DNA of 64,000 nucleotides. Source: Candidatus Heimdallarchaeum endolithica (GTDB taxonomy: Archaea; Asgardarchaeota; Heimdallarchaeia; Heimdallarchaeales; Heimdallarchaeaceae). Position 1 is the stretch's first letter; every line of letters starts with the position of its first letter. Below, piece by piece: positions 10,765-21,281 of this stretch. The notes beneath the pieces were generated by a model. The model ran no database searches. It had not been told where the DNA came from and saw only the letters and a list, made by a program, of their open reading frames with translations. The position numbers and the translations under genes were made by a program. The stretch is taken from NCBI GenBank assembly GCA_021513715.1, contig CP084167.1, forward strand, positions 2,496,001-2,560,000, in the 5' to 3' direction.

Positions 10765-11445
10765 ATGCGTTCAGAGCTAGATGAGAAATATAAAAAAAAT
10801 TTAATCAAAAGAATAGGGGCTTTACATGGTATAGAGATAACAGAGAGAATGATTCAATCTTTTGTTAATGTCCCACGAGAAGAATTTGTTCTTGAAAGAG
10901 ATAGAAATTCAGCTTATATAGACTCTCCAAGACCTATTCTCGCAGGACAAACAATTTCAGCTATACACATGGTAGTTATGTATATTTCTCCTTCACTTGC
11001 TAATCCAAAGGAAGGAGATATTGTTCTTGAGGTTGGTGCAGGAAGTGGATACAATGCTGCACTTTTCGCAGAAATGGTAGCTCCAAGAGGTTCTACTAAT
11101 CCTGGACATGTATATGCACTCGAAATCATTCCTGATTTAGTAGATTTTGCGAGAGAAAATATTGAAAGAACAGGATATTCTGATAGAGTTACAATAGTTC
11201 ACGCAGATGGAGGGATAGGTTACCCTGAAAAAGCTCCTTTTGATATAATTTCTGTTGCTGCTGCTTCCAAAGAAGTTCCAAAACCGTTAAAAGAACAACT
11301 CAAAGTAGGCGGAAGGATGATCATTCCTGTTGGGACTACATTTTTTCAAGAACTAATATTAATAAAAAAAGAAAAAGGTGAAAAATTTTCACAGAGAAAT
11401 ATTTGTGGTGTTAGGTTTGTCCCTTTAACAGGAAAATTTGGGTAA
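10765..11445 (+). CDS. pcm: Protein-L-isoaspartate O-methyltransferase
   Basis: VPREEF, GQTISA, LEVGAGSGY, APFDII, VRFVPL. Confidence 0.95.
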   Translation: MRSELDEKYKKNLIKRIGALHGIEITERMIQSFVNVPREEFVLERDRNSAYIDSPRPILAGQTISAIHMVVMYISPSLANPKEGDIVLEVGAGSGYNAALFAEMVAPRGSTNPGHVYALEIIPDLVDFARENIERTGYSDRVTIVHADGGIGYPEKAPFDIISVAAASKEVPKPLKEQLKVGGRMIIPVGTTFFQELILIKKEKGEKFSQRNICGVRFVPLTGKFG

Positions 11446-11481
11446 AAAGATAATATAACAAAGTAATTTCATTCTCCTATT

Positions 11482-12516
11482 TTAGCTAAAAAAAGAGTCT
11501 AATCTTCTTTGTTGGAGAATGGACCTTTGTTCTTCTTTTGTTTTTGATAAAACATTTCTAACTCTTGCTTCATCGAAACCTCTTTGCTCGCACAAGAATT
11601 CAACTATCCCTTCAATATCTATTTCTCCAAAACTGAGGTTATAGTCTTCTGTGATTACTGGTTTTCTGAAAACCTCACGTATCTCTTCATAATCTGCTTC
11701 TAATTTAATATTGACATTTTCTAGTACTTTTTCTATGGAACCGTACTGTTGAATATATTTGTAAGCTGTTTTTGGTCCTACTCCTTTTACTCCATCAGGA
11801 TTAAAGTCAGTTCCAATTAAAATAGCCATATCAATAAGCTGGTCTGGAGTTAAGTTTAGTTCTTTTAACAAGTTTTCTCTACGATATATCTCGACATTCA
11901 CAGTAATATACCTATTAGTTCTAGGAAGTTTTCTTCTACCTGATAGAGTTAAATTTCTAATCAGGATTGGAGCTCCAAATAATAAGCTATCAAAATCTTG
12001 TGAGGCTACACCCCATACTTTCCTATTCTGAGCTAGATAAGCAGCTTGAGCTTCTCCTTCTTGTGGAGCTTCGATATAAGGGATACCCATTAATTTAAGC
12101 AAATGTTTTGCGTCTTTTAACATATCTTCAGTAAGTGAAACAGTTCTTTGTGCAACAGTGCGAACACGTTCCATGTCTCCTCTTTCTCTTGCTTCTTCCA
12201 GTTCTTTTCTGGCTTTTTCTTTTAGCTTGACTCTTCTTCTTATTTCCTCTTTTTTAAGTTCTGAAGGTTTTCCATCAAAAACGTAAACCAATTTTATGCC
12301 ATGTTGTAATAATCTAGCGTTACGGTAGAGGAGACCTGATAGATGACTTGTGACCATGCCATCTATATTTTTTAATAGAGAACCATCCATTCCTCTGATA
12401 GAAGCTAAAAATTGGTAAAGAATATTATAAGCGTCTATAGCTAAACGCTTTCTGCTTAAATCAGAAAGCTCAATAGGTTCTCCTTTAATAAGATCTGAAA
12501 TTTTCTTTACTCCCAT
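11482..12516 (-). CDS. fen: Flap endonuclease-1
   Basis: MGV start, AIDAYNILYQFL, EGEAQAA, SQDFDSLLFG, C-terminal PIP box QRRLDSFF. Confidence 0.98.
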   Translation of the reverse strand: MGVKKISDLIKGEPIELSDLSRKRLAIDAYNILYQFLASIRGMDGSLLKNIDGMVTSHLSGLLYRNARLLQHGIKLVYVFDGKPSELKKEEIRRRVKLKEKARKELEEARERGDMERVRTVAQRTVSLTEDMLKDAKHLLKLMGIPYIEAPQEGEAQAAYLAQNRKVWGVASQDFDSLLFGAPILIRNLTLSGRRKLPRTNRYITVNVEIYRRENLLKELNLTPDQLIDMAILIGTDFNPDGVKGVGPKTAYKYIQQYGSIEKVLENVNIKLEADYEEIREVFRKPVITEDYNLSFGEIDIEGIVEFLCEQRGFDEARVRNVLSKTKEEQRSILQQRRLDSFFS

Positions 12517-12640
12517 TCAAAACACCATTGCTTGTGTAATTTATACATTTCACTATTTAAAGTTAATTTAAATAAAAATTGAGAATAAATGGTCTGAACA
12601 GACAAGAATTAAATAAGAAAAGAAAAAAGTTAAACCGCCA

Positions 12641-13882
12641 ATGACTATAAATAGTGAATATATGTTCTTTAAACTTGGGAGAAATAAAGAATTGGCTAAA
12701 GCTGAAATCTCCACAATTTTTGAAAAAGCAGGAATTAATAGAAAAATTAATTATTTTCAGTGGAAAGAATTTCTCTTTGTTAATATAGAAAAAAAAGAAG
12801 AGCAGAATATTCTTAGGAAAATTAGGGAAACAGGGAGTGTAGTAAAAGTTGGTTGTTGTTTTGCAAAGTGTGGTTCAGAAACTGAAGTTAGAGAAATAAT
12901 TCCAGATAAAATTAATCAAATAATAAATAAATTTTCTGGGAAAAAAGAAAAAATAAAATTCTCAATTAATCTCCAAATAGAACAGTTAAAACAAAAGACT
13001 ATTTCTGAAATAGTAAGAAAAGAGATTCTAAAAATTGCTAAAGATAGAAGAGTAGAAGTAAAGATAATTCCTAAAAAGGGATATTCAATAGAACTAAGTC
13101 CCTATCAGTATCACAAAGAAAATATGCCTAAAAGAGGAGTAGAATTAGTTATTTTTGGAATAAAATCAAAAATATATCTTGGAGAAACAAAATGGGTAAC
13201 AAACCCATTTTTCGATATAAAACTTGATGAAGGAAGACCAGAAAGATTGTTTACACATGGGACTTCAATAAAGATTGCCCGCTCACTTATTAATCTAACT
13301 AATACAAAAAATGATGGTAAAATAGTTGATCCTTTCTCAGGAACAGGAACTCTGTTAATTGTAGGTTTATTACAAAGTTATGATGTAATAGGGTTTGAAA
13401 AAGACCCAAAATGTGTGAGGGTAGCTAAGACAAATATACGTTGGGCAATTGATAAATATAATATTAAAAAAGATTGGAAAATATACAAGAATGATGCTAG
13501 AGATATGCATAAAATAATCAATGAAAAAGTTGATGCAATTGTAACAGAACCATATTTAGGACCATTTCTAAAAAACCTTCCTGATTTAGAAGAAGGAAAA
13601 GATATAATCCATGAACTTGAAAAGTTATATGCTAAAGTTTTATATTCGTGTAGTCAAATCTTGAAAGATGATTCTAGAGTAGTCATAATCTTTCCTTTTT
13701 ATGAATATCCAGATAAAACTAAACTTTCAATTAATTTAGAACGTGTAATAAATGGTTTATCGTTAGAACTAGTAGAAAAGACTCTTCACTTTAATGTTAA
13801 TTTTCCTATCAGCATCGGAAGAGAACATAATATTATCTCAAGACAAATTGTTATACTAAAGAAAAATAGTATGAAACAATAA
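12641..13882 (+). CDS. Trm11/TrmG10-like SAM-dependent RNA methyltransferase
   Basis: IARSLINL, DPFSGTGT, IVTEPY motifs; THUMP-like N-terminus. Confidence 0.75.
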   Translation: MTINSEYMFFKLGRNKELAKAEISTIFEKAGINRKINYFQWKEFLFVNIEKKEEQNILRKIRETGSVVKVGCCFAKCGSETEVREIIPDKINQIINKFSGKKEKIKFSINLQIEQLKQKTISEIVRKEILKIAKDRRVEVKIIPKKGYSIELSPYQYHKENMPKRGVELVIFGIKSKIYLGETKWVTNPFFDIKLDEGRPERLFTHGTSIKIARSLINLTNTKNDGKIVDPFSGTGTLLIVGLLQSYDVIGFEKDPKCVRVAKTNIRWAIDKYNIKKDWKIYKNDARDMHKIINEKVDAIVTEPYLGPFLKNLPDLEEGKDIIHELEKLYAKVLYSCSQILKDDSRVVIIFPFYEYPDKTKLSINLERVINGLSLELVEKTLHFNVNFPISIGREHNIISRQIVILKKNSMKQ

Positions 13883-13915
13883 TCTTTCAATCTTTGTTTA
13901 ATTTACTAATCTTAT

Positions 13916-14179
13916 TTAATCTTCGCCAACCGCAAGAAAACTCATATCTTTTGTTAGTTTTTGGATACGTCTTTTAGTTTTAGAAATCCATGAGACATGA
14001 ATTAATCCATTAGTTTCCAAAGAAAGTAGAGCTTTGTTTAATTCAGTTTCGGAATAATCGCCATAAAGTTCTCTAAGTGGATTTTCTAGCTCATTCTCAA
14101 TAATTACTCCGCCACGTTTTTCTAAAATTGCAAGAATACAAGATTTTAATGGCGTAACTCTCCATGCTGCAGAGGTCAT
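13916..14179 (-). CDS. Small winged-helix protein
   Basis: ELNKALLSLETNGLIHVS recognition helix and wing; SD-like AGGTGA upstream. Confidence 0.75.
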   Translation of the reverse strand: MTSAAWRVTPLKSCILAILEKRGGVIIENELENPLRELYGDYSETELNKALLSLETNGLIHVSWISKTKRRIQKLTKDMSFLAVGED

Positions 14180-14327
14180 CGTAGAATCACCTAAAATAAA
14201 GATGTAGTAAGCTTTTTAGAATGTTTTGTTCCACAAGAAAAAGAGTCGAACTTTTAAATCTAAGAGACAAAATAAATTAGAAAGACAAAATTTTTAATAT
14301 ATACTTTTTTTCAAGTTTTTAGTTATT

Positions 14328-14507
14328 ATGAACACACGAAATCGTATATATGTGATTATTACTTTATCGATAGCAATATTATTCTTAATCATTGCAATTG
14401 TTCAATCACAAATTGACAGTTTTAGCGCAATAACGAAGATGACTGAAGAAGAAGTAAAAAATTTCTTGTCGGGATACTTAGCAGGTTTCCCAAAACCATG
14501 GGAATAA
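14328..14507 (+). CDS. Small single-TM protein, 59 aa (not in ORF track)
   Basis: MNTRNRIYVIITLSIAILFLIIAIVQSQ...GFPKPWE*, ending 15 nt before the 4Fe-4S gene. Confidence 0.7.
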   Translation: MNTRNRIYVIITLSIAILFLIIAIVQSQIDSFSAITKMTEEEVKNFLSGYLAGFPKPWE

Positions 14508-14522
14508 AGTGAGAGGATTGAA

Positions 14523-15449
14523 ATGACAAAGAACAAAGAAAAAAACATAACACTATCTTTACGTCCGATAACTAATCATAAAATTAGGATAGTTAGAATC
14601 ATTACACAATTAGTAATATTTAGCTTATTAAACGGGTTAATATTTGGGCTAGCTAGAGTAAGTTTAATTTTACCTATTGAATACCCTACAGGAGGACCAT
14701 TTTCTACAGTATGGAGCGGTTTTGAAGCGTTACAGTACGGGTTAACAATCTTTACCTTCCCCTATCTTGTAATAGCTATCTTTGGATTATTTGGAGCTGT
14801 GGCTGGAAAAACAACTTGTGGATGGGCTTGCCCAATGGGGTTGTTCCAAGATCTGTTTAGTTACATCCCAATAAAAAAGAAAAAAGTTTCTAAACCAACA
14901 GAAAAGTCACTAAGAAGTTTCGCAGTGTTCATCATTATATTTGCTTTAGTATTCTCTTTAGTTATAGGAATATCTTATAATAAAAACGGAGCTGCAGCAA
15001 AAGATGCTTATGGAATATGGGGAAATATCCCTTATAGTGTATTAGATCCTGTGGCAACAATTTTCGCAACTTTATTTTACTATTTAAAATGGGGAATTCA
15101 AGCTGAAACACTTGGAGCTGAAATGGGTGATTGGAAATTCTGGTTCATTGCAAGAATAATATTTTTAGCTATAATATTAATCCTCATAACTCTATATCCA
15201 AGAGCTTATTGTAGATGGTTCTGCCCAACAGGATACATATTAGGCTTTTTCAACCGTTTTAGTCTATTCGGCTTAAAAATAAATAAAAATAGATGCCCAA
15301 CTGGTTGTAATAAATGTGAAAAAGCTTGTCCAGTGCAAGTACCTATACTAGATTATGATAAAAATATAACACACCCTAATTGTACAAATTGTGGAGAATG
15401 TATAGATGCTTGTCCTGAAGGAGCTCTAAAAATAGGTTTCAGATTCTGA
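14523..15449 (+). CDS. Membrane 4Fe-4S binding protein (NapH/MauN-like)
   Basis: CGWACP and YCRWFCP motifs, TM helices, two C-terminal ferredoxin-type Cys clusters. Confidence 0.9.
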   Translation: MTKNKEKNITLSLRPITNHKIRIVRIITQLVIFSLLNGLIFGLARVSLILPIEYPTGGPFSTVWSGFEALQYGLTIFTFPYLVIAIFGLFGAVAGKTTCGWACPMGLFQDLFSYIPIKKKKVSKPTEKSLRSFAVFIIIFALVFSLVIGISYNKNGAAAKDAYGIWGNIPYSVLDPVATIFATLFYYLKWGIQAETLGAEMGDWKFWFIARIIFLAIILILITLYPRAYCRWFCPTGYILGFFNRFSLFGLKINKNRCPTGCNKCEKACPVQVPILDYDKNITHPNCTNCGECIDACPEGALKIGFRF

Positions 15450-15497
15450 TATCTAAACTTATTTCATAGAAATTTTTTTTCTCTTTTCTCTTCTGTA

Positions 15498-16751
15498 TTA
15501 ACTTTTAAATTGTAAAGAATGATGGTATGCTTCTTTTTCTGTTTCTTGAAGAATAGAGCTATAACCTTTTTCTAAATAATCCTGAATAATCGAAAGAACT
15601 GATTTTGATATGGGAAGTTTAACACTGTTATTACTTTCAAGTATTTCTTCTACACTCACTTTAAGAGCCTCAATATAAAGAGCAGCAGAATAAAGTTCTT
15701 TGATAAAGGTAAAATTCTTATGCATAATGAATCCTTTTAGATGAGATATTTTCAGTAGAATCTCTGATAAAATTAAATTAACTTTATTTGTCTTCTCTGG
15801 AATATATCGGATTGGAGAATAACCAAGTTTCATCTCATAATTATATCGAAAAGCTTTAACTCGGGGAAGAACTAACCCTAATCTTTTGAATACTTTTTTG
15901 TCGAAATTTCCATATTTGTCATTGTTTCCGTAAAGCTCTAGATATTTGGCTACTAAATGAGGATAGTGTTTTCTAAGGGTGTCAATAAATTCGTTTTTAT
16001 TTCTCCCTGGCTTAAGAGTGAGACCCCACGTGATAACATATTCCGCGTTGACCTTTTTTGCACTACGAAAAATATTTTTGATGTTTTCTGTTGTATCTCC
16101 AATAAATGGTAAACAAGGATAGAAATAAACGCCAGAATGTATTCCTTCTTTACGTAACTGAGATATAGCTTGAAAACGATCCTCTGAAGAACTAGCCCGA
16201 GGTTCGAAAATCTTGCGAACTGAATCATCCGCGAGAGTGATAGTGAAATTAACACTAGCATAAGTCTGTTCATTAATAGCTTTAAGTAAGTCAAGATCAC
16301 GAAGAACGAGAGTGCTTTTTGTGAGAATGAAGACTGGTAATTCATAATCACATATGATTTGGAGAAGTTTACGAGTAAGTTGAAGTTCTTTTTCTGCTGG
16401 TTGATAAACATCGCAAACTCCTCCACCCACAAAAATAACGAATTTAGAAGGAGAAGGCATTTGAATTCGCTCAACTGTAGCATCTAAATAGTTGAGTAAT
16501 GAGTGAGATGAATTAGAAGAAAAAAATCCTCTTTTTTTGAGATATTTCTCCAAGAGCTCTGGAGCATTAACCTTAACTTTGATTCGATTAGCAAAATCTT
16601 CATGCATATAATAGGATTCAGCTTTACCGTCACAATATTTGCAATCGTGCCAACAACCCTGATAGGGATTAAGGTAAACTTTAGCCCAAGAGAAAAAAGA
16701 AGGTGTTACTTCTTTGATCAACGATTTAGCACGAATACGTTCAATGATCAT
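15498..16751 (-). CDS. Radical SAM protein (SplB/Rv2578c-like)
   Basis: NPYQGCWHDCKYC, DVYQPAE, ILTKS, FEPRASS. Confidence 0.85.
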   Translation of the reverse strand: MIIERIRAKSLIKEVTPSFFSWAKVYLNPYQGCWHDCKYCDGKAESYYMHEDFANRIKVKVNAPELLEKYLKKRGFFSSNSSHSLLNYLDATVERIQMPSPSKFVIFVGGGVCDVYQPAEKELQLTRKLLQIICDYELPVFILTKSTLVLRDLDLLKAINEQTYASVNFTITLADDSVRKIFEPRASSSEDRFQAISQLRKEGIHSGVYFYPCLPFIGDTTENIKNIFRSAKKVNAEYVITWGLTLKPGRNKNEFIDTLRKHYPHLVAKYLELYGNNDKYGNFDKKVFKRLGLVLPRVKAFRYNYEMKLGYSPIRYIPEKTNKVNLILSEILLKISHLKGFIMHKNFTFIKELYSAALYIEALKVSVEEILESNNSVKLPISKSVLSIIQDYLEKGYSSILQETEKEAYHHSLQFKS

Positions 16752-16853
16752 TGTTTTCCCAATTAATCAAATAGAGTTTTTTTTTATTTATAAAGATAGT
16801 TAGGTTGATAGATTATCTCCTTTAGATGAAAAAAAAGACATAGAATTAAAATA

Positions 16854-17924
16854 TTAAAACGATAAGGAGAAAAAATCATTGTTATTAAGTTTTGAATGTA
16901 ATAGGTAGCTTTTCCATTCAAGTTTACATGGGCAAGAAGGTAAATCCTGAAGAATGCTAGGATCTTGAGAAAGGGTGAAATCTTTGAGAGCTTGAACGAT
17001 AGCAGAGTCACAAGAACCACAGTTGTGAGCTCCTCTCTTTTTACCTCCTGCAACAGGGTCACAAATGATTCTTAAATTTGGATAGAGAGTAGAAAGTTCC
17101 TGACAGATATGAACAAGAGACCATAAGTAGGGAGGACGGTAAAAATTTTTTTCAAAGAGTGAAGAAAGATAAGTACCACGCTGAATGTTTATGGCATTAA
17201 TTGAAACTGTATCTACCCCTAAAGAAACAACTTGTTTAACACTGTTGAAAATATCTAATATAGAATCAAATTCTGAAACGAAAGGAGGTTTAAAAAGGAG
17301 ATAAGCTTTAATTTTTGCTCCAAAAGAAAATACGCGTTTTGTAGCACGTTCAAAATCTTCCCAAAAGAAGCCTTTATTTATAGAATCACGAAGAATAGCA
17401 TTGTTTGCACTTTCTAATCCTATAGCGATCTCAACTTTAGCAATATCAAAGTGATCACGGAGAAGTGTTAGCTTTTCTTCTGTAACATATGAAGGTCGAG
17501 ACTCTAGGACTAACTCTTTAATACTTGATGAATAAGGTTGAAGTTCATGAAGGATAGAAATTAGAACTTGTTTTGGGACTTCGAGAGAATCAAGAATGCT
17601 ACCACTAGTAAATAGTTTTATAGAATAAGAGAGGGACGGATCAATTAAAGAGGATAATTTAGAAGAAAAATCAGAGAGCATCTCTGAAAAATCTGGTTTT
17701 TGAGGGTTATCATAAAGATAACCGCAAATTGAACAACCTCCACTACGAGAAAGAGCCCAAGAACAACCTCTTGTAGGAAGAATAAAGACAATAGCTTTCG
17801 CCGGGCCAGTACGAAGACGATGATCTTCAACCCATGCAACAAGACGACGAGAAGTAGAACGCTTGGAAAGGGCAGATTGGCGGTAACTGTAGATTATAGA
17901 ACTAAAAGAAGGGTTTATTTTCAT
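16854..17924 (-). CDS. Archaeosine biosynthesis radical SAM protein RaSEA
   Basis: TRGCSWA...GGCSICGY, IKLFTSGS, YLLFKPPF, RGAHNCGSCD; overlaps the arcS stop. Confidence 0.9.
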   Translation of the reverse strand: MKINPSFSSIIYSYRQSALSKRSTSRRLVAWVEDHRLRTGPAKAIVFILPTRGCSWALSRSGGCSICGYLYDNPQKPDFSEMLSDFSSKLSSLIDPSLSYSIKLFTSGSILDSLEVPKQVLISILHELQPYSSSIKELVLESRPSYVTEEKLTLLRDHFDIAKVEIAIGLESANNAILRDSINKGFFWEDFERATKRVFSFGAKIKAYLLFKPPFVSEFDSILDIFNSVKQVVSLGVDTVSINAINIQRGTYLSSLFEKNFYRPPYLWSLVHICQELSTLYPNLRIICDPVAGGKKRGAHNCGSCDSAIVQALKDFTLSQDPSILQDLPSCPCKLEWKSYLLHSKLNNNDFFSLSF

Positions 17925-19849
17925 TTTGTTTCACCTTTTTTGAGTTTGAGTTTTTTCTTTACTATAGCTAAAGAACCAGATGACATTTTATTCATGTCAA
18001 CACCAGCGATGAGTGCTCGAGCAGTGGCCAAAACGCGACCTGAATTGACGATAAATATTTCATCAGATGGAAGAATAAATTCAGAAGCGTGATTACAACC
18101 AGGAGCGTAGATAGAACTACCTGTAATAGTTTCTGCAGCAAAATCTAAGTTGACGAGAGAGTAATCGAGAATCTCTTGAGCTGCTGCTGGCTGGAGAGAA
18201 AGAAAACCTGTACGGGAAAGATATGTGGCTATAAGTTTTTTTTCTCTGAATATCTGGATGTCTCTAGGATATTTACCACGAGTGCGAATTGGAGAAGAAA
18301 AGAGAACATTACCTGAGCCAGGACCGTATTGGTAATCTGCCGTAGCAATGAGTTTGCGGAGAAAAGAAGACAGATTGTGAGATGAATTGGAATCAGTAAG
18401 GTCCAAAGAAGAAAAAACTTCGCGTAGGGTTGAAGAAAGATTGGAAAGAGAGGAAGAACTAGTTGGACGATCAGATGTGGAAGTATGATAAACTGTCAAA
18501 TTCAAAGAATTAGAAACACGTTCAACTATATCAGAGTAACCTTGACCATGCGTGTGATTAATAAGAATAATGTTTTCAGGAAACTTAGAAAGAACATCAA
18601 TGAGAAGAGACGAAGTGACAGCTATTTCTTCTTCTGACCAGTAACCAGAAACTGGTATATCATAAAAACGGGGAGGATAAAGAGATTCAAGTTCACGAGG
18701 AACTACAGAAAGTGGAGAGGTGATTATCAATTCTGAAATAAACGGTAAAAAGGATTTTCCTGCTTGGCGAAGAGATTGACTAAAAAGTGAATGAGAGCGA
18801 GAAAGAGAATAAGGTTTTCTTGCAGAACAAGGAAAAAGAATTACAACTCGAGTTTGAGGAGATGGATTAAAGCGTTCACGAACACGATGTCGGAAAAGTT
18901 CAACTTCAGGACGATTAAGCGATGAAGAGCTAGTACAAACTAAAGAAGTAGACTGTTGAGCTGGAAAACGAGAAAGGAAGGTAGAAGAATAGTTACGGTC
19001 GAAGTAATTGAGAGTCGAAGAAAGAAGGGGTGAAGAATGAACATCGCGTTCTACCAAAGTACGAAGGTTATCAGACTCCAAAAAGAAACGGATTTGAGAA
19101 AGTTTGTTAGCCATGACTTGAAGATTGTGTCCTAAGATGTCGGGAGGAGAAGAGCGGCAGAAAGAACAATAACATTCAGGATGATTAGAAAGAGGATAAA
19201 CAGAATCAGAAGTGAGGAAAAACCCTCGTTCTGAGAGATAGTAAGCAAGAGAATCGTCGAAAAAGTCTATACCTGAATAGACAAGAAAAGAATAATAGGT
19301 GGGGGTAATTGGACCAGGAACATATAGAGCTATATCTGGAGCAAGTCGAGAGCGTAGAGAAACAAATAATTCAGAAAGTTTACGCTGATTGTTAAAGAGA
19401 GAAGAAAGACCAGTAAGAACAAAAAAAGAACAGTCAGTAGATAAAACATCTTCTAATAGAGGAGAATCGAAGAAAGTGTAAGGTAAAGTAAAAATTTGAG
19501 AATGAGGTTCTGGGAGAGATAGAAAAGAGGTAACATATTCAGAAAAAGATGATTCTGACAGAGTAGATGAAACAAACGAGGGGTAAAAAGGTTGAGATGA
19601 AAGTGTAAAAGAAGAAGAAAGAACTCGCTCGGAAAGGTGAGGTGGAAAAGACCATCGTAACTGGAAAGAAGAATCTAAGTCAGAAAAACGGGGAGGAAAA
19701 GAAGAATCAAAAAAACCTGAAAAGCCAAAATTAGAAGGTTTGTTACCAGAATTGAAAGAGAGAAGACCTGGTGCGAGGATATGAGAAGTACGAGTCTCGG
19801 CTAAAAGGCGAGAAAAACCAAAGGCAGAGAGAGGTTGAAAGAAACGCAA
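17921..19849 (-). CDS. arcS: Archaeosine synthase subunit alpha (ArcS) with C-terminal PUA domain
   Basis: PCSARKPYSLSRSH, ITSPLSVVPRELE..YP...YDIPVSGYWS, ADYQYG; coupled to RaSEA. Confidence 0.9.
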   Translation of the reverse strand: MRFFQPLSAFGFSRLLAETRTSHILAPGLLSFNSGNKPSNFGFSGFFDSSFPPRFSDLDSSFQLRWSFPPHLSERVLSSSFTLSSQPFYPSFVSSTLSESSFSEYVTSFLSLPEPHSQIFTLPYTFFDSPLLEDVLSTDCSFFVLTGLSSLFNNQRKLSELFVSLRSRLAPDIALYVPGPITPTYYSFLVYSGIDFFDDSLAYYLSERGFFLTSDSVYPLSNHPECYCSFCRSSPPDILGHNLQVMANKLSQIRFFLESDNLRTLVERDVHSSPLLSSTLNYFDRNYSSTFLSRFPAQQSTSLVCTSSSSLNRPEVELFRHRVRERFNPSPQTRVVILFPCSARKPYSLSRSHSLFSQSLRQAGKSFLPFISELIITSPLSVVPRELESLYPPRFYDIPVSGYWSEEEIAVTSSLLIDVLSKFPENIILINHTHGQGYSDIVERVSNSLNLTVYHTSTSDRPTSSSSLSNLSSTLREVFSSLDLTDSNSSHNLSSFLRKLIATADYQYGPGSGNVLFSSPIRTRGKYPRDIQIFREKKLIATYLSRTGFLSLQPAAAQEILDYSLVNLDFAAETITGSSIYAPGCNHASEFILPSDEIFIVNSGRVLATARALIAGVDMNKMSSGSLAIVKKKLKLKKGETK

Positions 19850-20103
19850 AAATTACACCTAAGAAAAGAAAATAAAAGAAGATTAAAAAGAATACGATTA
19901 GAAAGAAAAGAAAGACGGAACAGAAAACAATTAAGACGATTTATATAAAATTAAAGATGAAAAAGGCTAATACTCTTGAGAAAAAATCAGTTGTATAATA
20001 AAGAAAGCAAAAGAAAAACTTTTCAAAAGTAACGAAAATTTTAAAACAGTTAAAAAAGTAGAAGTAACAGAAAGCCTAAAACTTGTGAAAAAGAGCGTTA
20101 TGT

Positions 20104-20211
20104 GGCCTCGTGGCTTAACTCGGTAGAGCAACGGACTCTTAATCCGTAGGTTAGGGGTTCAAAAAACTAGCGTTGCGGGCGCTAAATTTGAAAATCCCCT
20201 CGAGGTCACCA
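20104..20211 (+). tRNA. tRNA-Lys(CUU) with a 31-nt intron at 59/60 (20164-20194), encoded CCA
   Basis: Acceptor GGCCTCG/CGAGGTC-A-CCA; anticodon arm ACGGA-CT-CTT-AA-TCCGT; T arm AGGGG/CCCCT interrupted by a bulge-helix-bulge (TTCA/TGAA helix, AAA and AAT bulges). Splicing restores TTCAAAT and a 77-nt tRNA. Confidence 0.95.
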
Positions 20212-20503
20212 GTTTTTTAGATTGTTCTTTTGAATAAGTTTGAATTCTACTTTTTATTATATTTAGAATAAGACAACGATATCATTTATTCTGAAGTACC
20301 AAAATTATTTGAGAAGAGCTTCAAGCAAGCGCACAGAAATGTCATAAGCTGAAAGTTTTTTACTCTCATGTAATTTAATATTTCTAACTTCATAAATACA
20401 AAGCAAGGAAGTTGCAGTTTTTTACTGAACTTTTTCTATCTATTGCTTTTTTTAACCCTTTATCTTTATTATTTTCTTTTACAATAGTGAGATTACAATC
20501 TTT

Positions 20504-20824
20504 TCACTTTTTCCACTCATAAAGACTCACAACCCGAAGTCCATTTTTATCGTTTATCCGCACTCTTTTAATTATTCCACGGGCTAACAAATAGGTAATA
20601 GAGGAGTTGAGATAAAAGGGATCATCAACGTTATACTTTTCTTTGAGGTGAAAACTAACTTCTTCTAGAGTAATTACTTCACCAAAGGAGATCAAAGAAA
20701 GAATCGTTTCTAAAACTCTAAAAGAAGAGTGGTTGGAAGGATGAACTAAAGTTTCAGGAGAAAGACAGTTATCTATTTGTTGCTCTCCTTTCAAAAGATG
20801 GTTGTTATTCATTATTTCTATCAT
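20504..20824 (-). CDS. Small winged-helix-like hypothetical protein
   Basis: ITLEEVSFHLKEKY...SITYLLARGIIKRV resembles a wHTH. Confidence 0.55.
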   Translation of the reverse strand: MIEIMNNNHLLKGEQQIDNCLSPETLVHPSNHSSFRVLETILSLISFGEVITLEEVSFHLKEKYNVDDPFYLNSSITYLLARGIIKRVRINDKNGLRVVSLYEWKK

Positions 20825-21281
20825 TTCCTCTTCTATTAATCTTGAGGCTATTGGGCATCTTAACCACCCTTACTAAAAGAATGTAATAATACCAACAAAA
20901 ACAAAAATTATGCTTTTTTTCTAAAGATCTACTTAGTCTACTTATACACTTGTGATTTACCAAATATTTTTTCTTTATTTAATTCGACTTTTATTGAAAA
21001 TAAATATTATAGAATAGTTATACGGAACATGATGATTTTCCAATAATTATTTGATTGTTTTTTCAATAGATGATTAATGACCTATTTTTTATCTGTAATA
21101 ATGCATACTGAAACTCTATTTGTTATACAGTATAGTTATGATTCTAAGGTGGATTTTAGGAATTAGTTGAGGAGAGTAAAAAAAAAGGGTTTAGAATAAT
21201 TATTTTTATTTTAGGATTTTTTTATTATAGAAGCAATAAGACTAATTCAATTATTTCTTTTCAAATAAGGTAAAAAGAGTT

